Below, piece by piece: positions 18,297 through 20,000 of a DNA stretch of 20,000 nt. The stretch is from an uncultured virus (IMG/VR IMGVR_UViG_3300006919_000046) (Duplodnaviria; Heunggongvirae; Uroviricota; Caudoviricetes). The stretch is from the IMG/VR virus record IMGVR_UViG_3300006919_000046. One strand, written 5' to 3'. Both the position numbers and the translations under genes were made by a program. Numbering within the stretch: the stretch's first letter is position 1; each line of letters starts with the position of its first letter. The notes beneath the pieces are model-generated. The model searched no databases. It was not told the origin of the DNA and saw only the letters and a program-made list of their open reading frames with translations.

Positions 18297-19490
18297 ATGC
18301 CCAACAAATCTGGTGACAGTTCATTACACGATTGGTTTACTAAAAGCAAGTCTTCTGATGGTAAACCTGGTTGGGTTCAACTTGGTGGCAAGTATGCAGG
18401 TAAACCTTGTGCAAAGCAACCAGGTCAAACATCAAAACCAAAATGCGGGTCTTCTAAAATGAAAAGAGATCTTGATGATGGGGAAGAGCAAAGAGCATTT
18501 GAACGAAAAAACCGTCAAGATCCAAATCCAGATAGAAGAGGGAAGGCAAAGAACGTGGCTACAGAAGAAAAACAAACTATTAGATATTGTCCAAAGTGTA
18601 AGAAGAATGAGACTAGATCTGAATGTGCATTTGGACCAAAATATTGGGACGATTACTCCAAACCAGCAATAGAAGAGGCTGCTGGAGAAAAGGATGCCTG
18701 CTACAAAAAGGTAAAAAGTAGATATAAAGTTTGGCCTTCCGCATATGCTTCTGGAGCATTGGTTAAGTGTCGCAAAAAAGGAGCAGCAAATTGGGGAAAT
18801 AAAACTGAGGAGTATCAGTTTTCAAATTGGAGAGAAGATTTTAAGGCAATGGAATATGAGTTCATTGATTTGATTAAACCAGAACCAATTATTTCCGAAG
18901 AGTGTTGCAAAAAATGTGGAAAGGATCCTTGTGAGTGTAAAACAAAGAAATTTTATGGTGGAAGTGGAGCAAAACCAGGTCCAGACAAAAATTATGTAAA
19001 ACCTATGGGTGATCTTGAGGAGGCGACTAGACTTCCAACAAAAACTGGAAACATAATAGTTGCAATGGTCATTTGGAGAGGTAAGACATATACATTACAA
19101 ATGTTCTTCCCATCAGGAAAGAGACCCACAAGAACAGAAGTTCAAGATCAAGTAAGAAAAGTGTATCCAGATTCTAGACTTACTTACTTCAATATCAGAG
19201 ATTATGATCCTGGTCAACCACTTCTTCAAGTTGAAGACTGGCAGAAAGTTAATAAGTCGGATAAAACTGATGGAATGAGTCCTGCCGCAGTCAAAGCATA
19301 TCGCAGAGAGAATCCAGGTTCTAAACTTAAGACTGCCGTAACTGGCGATCCAAAACCAGGAAGCAAGGATGCCAAGCGTCGTAAATCATTCTGCGCACGC
19401 TCTAAGGGTCAGCAAGACATGCATAACATTGATTGCTCATCCACACCAGATAAACCAGTTTGTAAAGCCCGTCGTCGCTGGAAGTGCTAG
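18297..19490 (+). CDS. Modular Lys/Cys-rich hypothetical protein (397 aa), candidate head-internal polyprotein
   Basis: Intact ORF after a late promoter, with 16 Cys. Basic modules (LHDWF..GWVQ, YCPKC, KDACYKKVKSRYKVWPSAYASGALVKCR, CCKKCGKDPCEC, WRGKTY, RRKSFCARS) are separated by EE/ED linkers. The function is inferred only. Confidence 0.8.
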   Translation: MPNKSGDSSLHDWFTKSKSSDGKPGWVQLGGKYAGKPCAKQPGQTSKPKCGSSKMKRDLDDGEEQRAFERKNRQDPNPDRRGKAKNVATEEKQTIRYCPKCKKNETRSECAFGPKYWDDYSKPAIEEAAGEKDACYKKVKSRYKVWPSAYASGALVKCRKKGAANWGNKTEEYQFSNWREDFKAMEYEFIDLIKPEPIISEECCKKCGKDPCECKTKKFYGGSGAKPGPDKNYVKPMGDLEEATRLPTKTGNIIVAMVIWRGKTYTLQMFFPSGKRPTRTEVQDQVRKVYPDSRLTYFNIRDYDPGQPLLQVEDWQKVNKSDKTDGMSPAAVKAYRRENPGSKLKTAVTGDPKPGSKDAKRRKSFCARSKGQQDMHNIDCSSTPDKPVCKARRRWKC

Positions 19491-19491
19491 T

Positions 19492-19809
19492 ATGAAAAGT
19501 TTTAAAGAGTTTTTATCAGAATCAGTAACTATTTCTGGGGACTTTAACGGAAATCTTTACATCAACTCCCAACCAGAACAACAACAAGTTGGCGAAAGTT
19601 ACATTGCAGATGTAATGTGGCAAGGAAGTTTATACCGACTTGAGATGGTAACTAAGTCTGGTTTACCATCAAAGCAAGAACTTGGAGAACAACTCCAAGG
19701 TGAATATCCTGGAGTTGTTGTGCATCAAATTTATCCGATACAGGAAAAGAATTTTAATATCAAAAATGCAAAAAGGTATCACCCATCAAAATTAGAGTGG
19801 ATTGATTGA
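19492..19809 (+). CDS. Hypothetical protein (105 aa) with an N-terminal capsid-targeting-like sequence
   Basis: The start is re-assigned to ATG 19492, 1 nt after the previous TAG, instead of 19369, which would overlap the upstream gene by 122 nt. The protein begins MKSFKEFLSE. Confidence 0.8.
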   Translation: MKSFKEFLSESVTISGDFNGNLYINSQPEQQQVGESYIADVMWQGSLYRLEMVTKSGLPSKQELGEQLQGEYPGVVVHQIYPIQEKNFNIKNAKRYHPSKLEWID

Positions 19810-19811
19810 TT

Positions 19812-20000
19812 ATGGCACAATGGAATAAAAATAATCAAGACTATCTAAATCAAGAAAGAAGTCTTTTTGAAGTTTATATGTGTGCCGATAGATACGGCAA
19901 TATTGATGGGTGCCATGGAACTGCAAGTGGAAGTAGTGCTTTTGGAGAAAACGTTTCTGTTCCTATTACTCCAGTATTTCAACTTGATGGTCTTTATGGA
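19812..20000 (+). CDS. Hypothetical protein, 3'-truncated (MAQWNKNNQDYLNQERSLFEVYMCADRYG...)
   Basis: ATG 2 nt after the previous TGA, with 63 codons open to the window edge. It is absent from the ORF track because no stop falls in the window. Confidence 0.75.
   Translation, partial: MAQWNKNNQDYLNQERSLFEVYMCADRYGNIDGCHGTASGSSAFGENVSVPITPVFQLDGLYG

Noticed and set aside
19369..19491. 41-aa N-terminal extension of the 146-aa ORF call
   Set aside because: It overlaps the C-terminal module of the upstream gene. ATG 19492 gives a coupled start and a recognisable N-terminal motif.
1..20000. Stop-codon reassignment, as in some large phages
   Set aside because: Genes are full-length under the standard code, and TAA, TGA and TAG all occur at sensible gene ends. 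The ORF1/ORF2 break involves a frame change, not readthrough.
1..20000. CRISPR arrays, tRNAs, introns/inteins, homing endonucleases, DGR template/variable repeats
   Set aside because: Intergenic gaps are all under 50 nt. I saw no spaced identical repeats and no HNH, GIY-YIG, LAGLIDADG, intein or RT motifs. The coding repeats differ at varied, mostly synonymous positions rather than adenine-specifically.

Overview
A 20-kb, AT-rich, gene-dense segment with every credible gene on the + strand. It is the virion morphogenesis region of a T4-like myovirus with cyanophage-type (Kyanoviridae-like) gene order. In order: the 3' end of a gp7-like baseplate wedge initiator (truncated at the left edge); a 1505-aa repeat-rich baseplate protein that looks like the split-off C-terminal part of the same giant gp7; gp8; a 2523-aa VrlC/DUF4815-like structural protein; a 74-aa coiled-coil protein; neck gp13 and gp14; tail completion gp15; terminase small subunit gp16; then the start of the variable island between g16 and g17. 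T4-type late promoters (NATAAATA) precede g8, g13, g15 and the island. The island is the most interesting part. It opens with a 397-aa Lys/Cys-rich protein built from small modules separated by Glu-Glu linkers that resemble prohead protease (gp21) sites. Next is a 105-aa protein starting with a T4 internal-protein capsid-targeting-like sequence (MKSFKEFLSE) and sharing a domain with one of those modules. Together they suggest a possible protease-processed, capsid-packaged cargo system. All family assignments come from motif recognition and synteny, not database searches.
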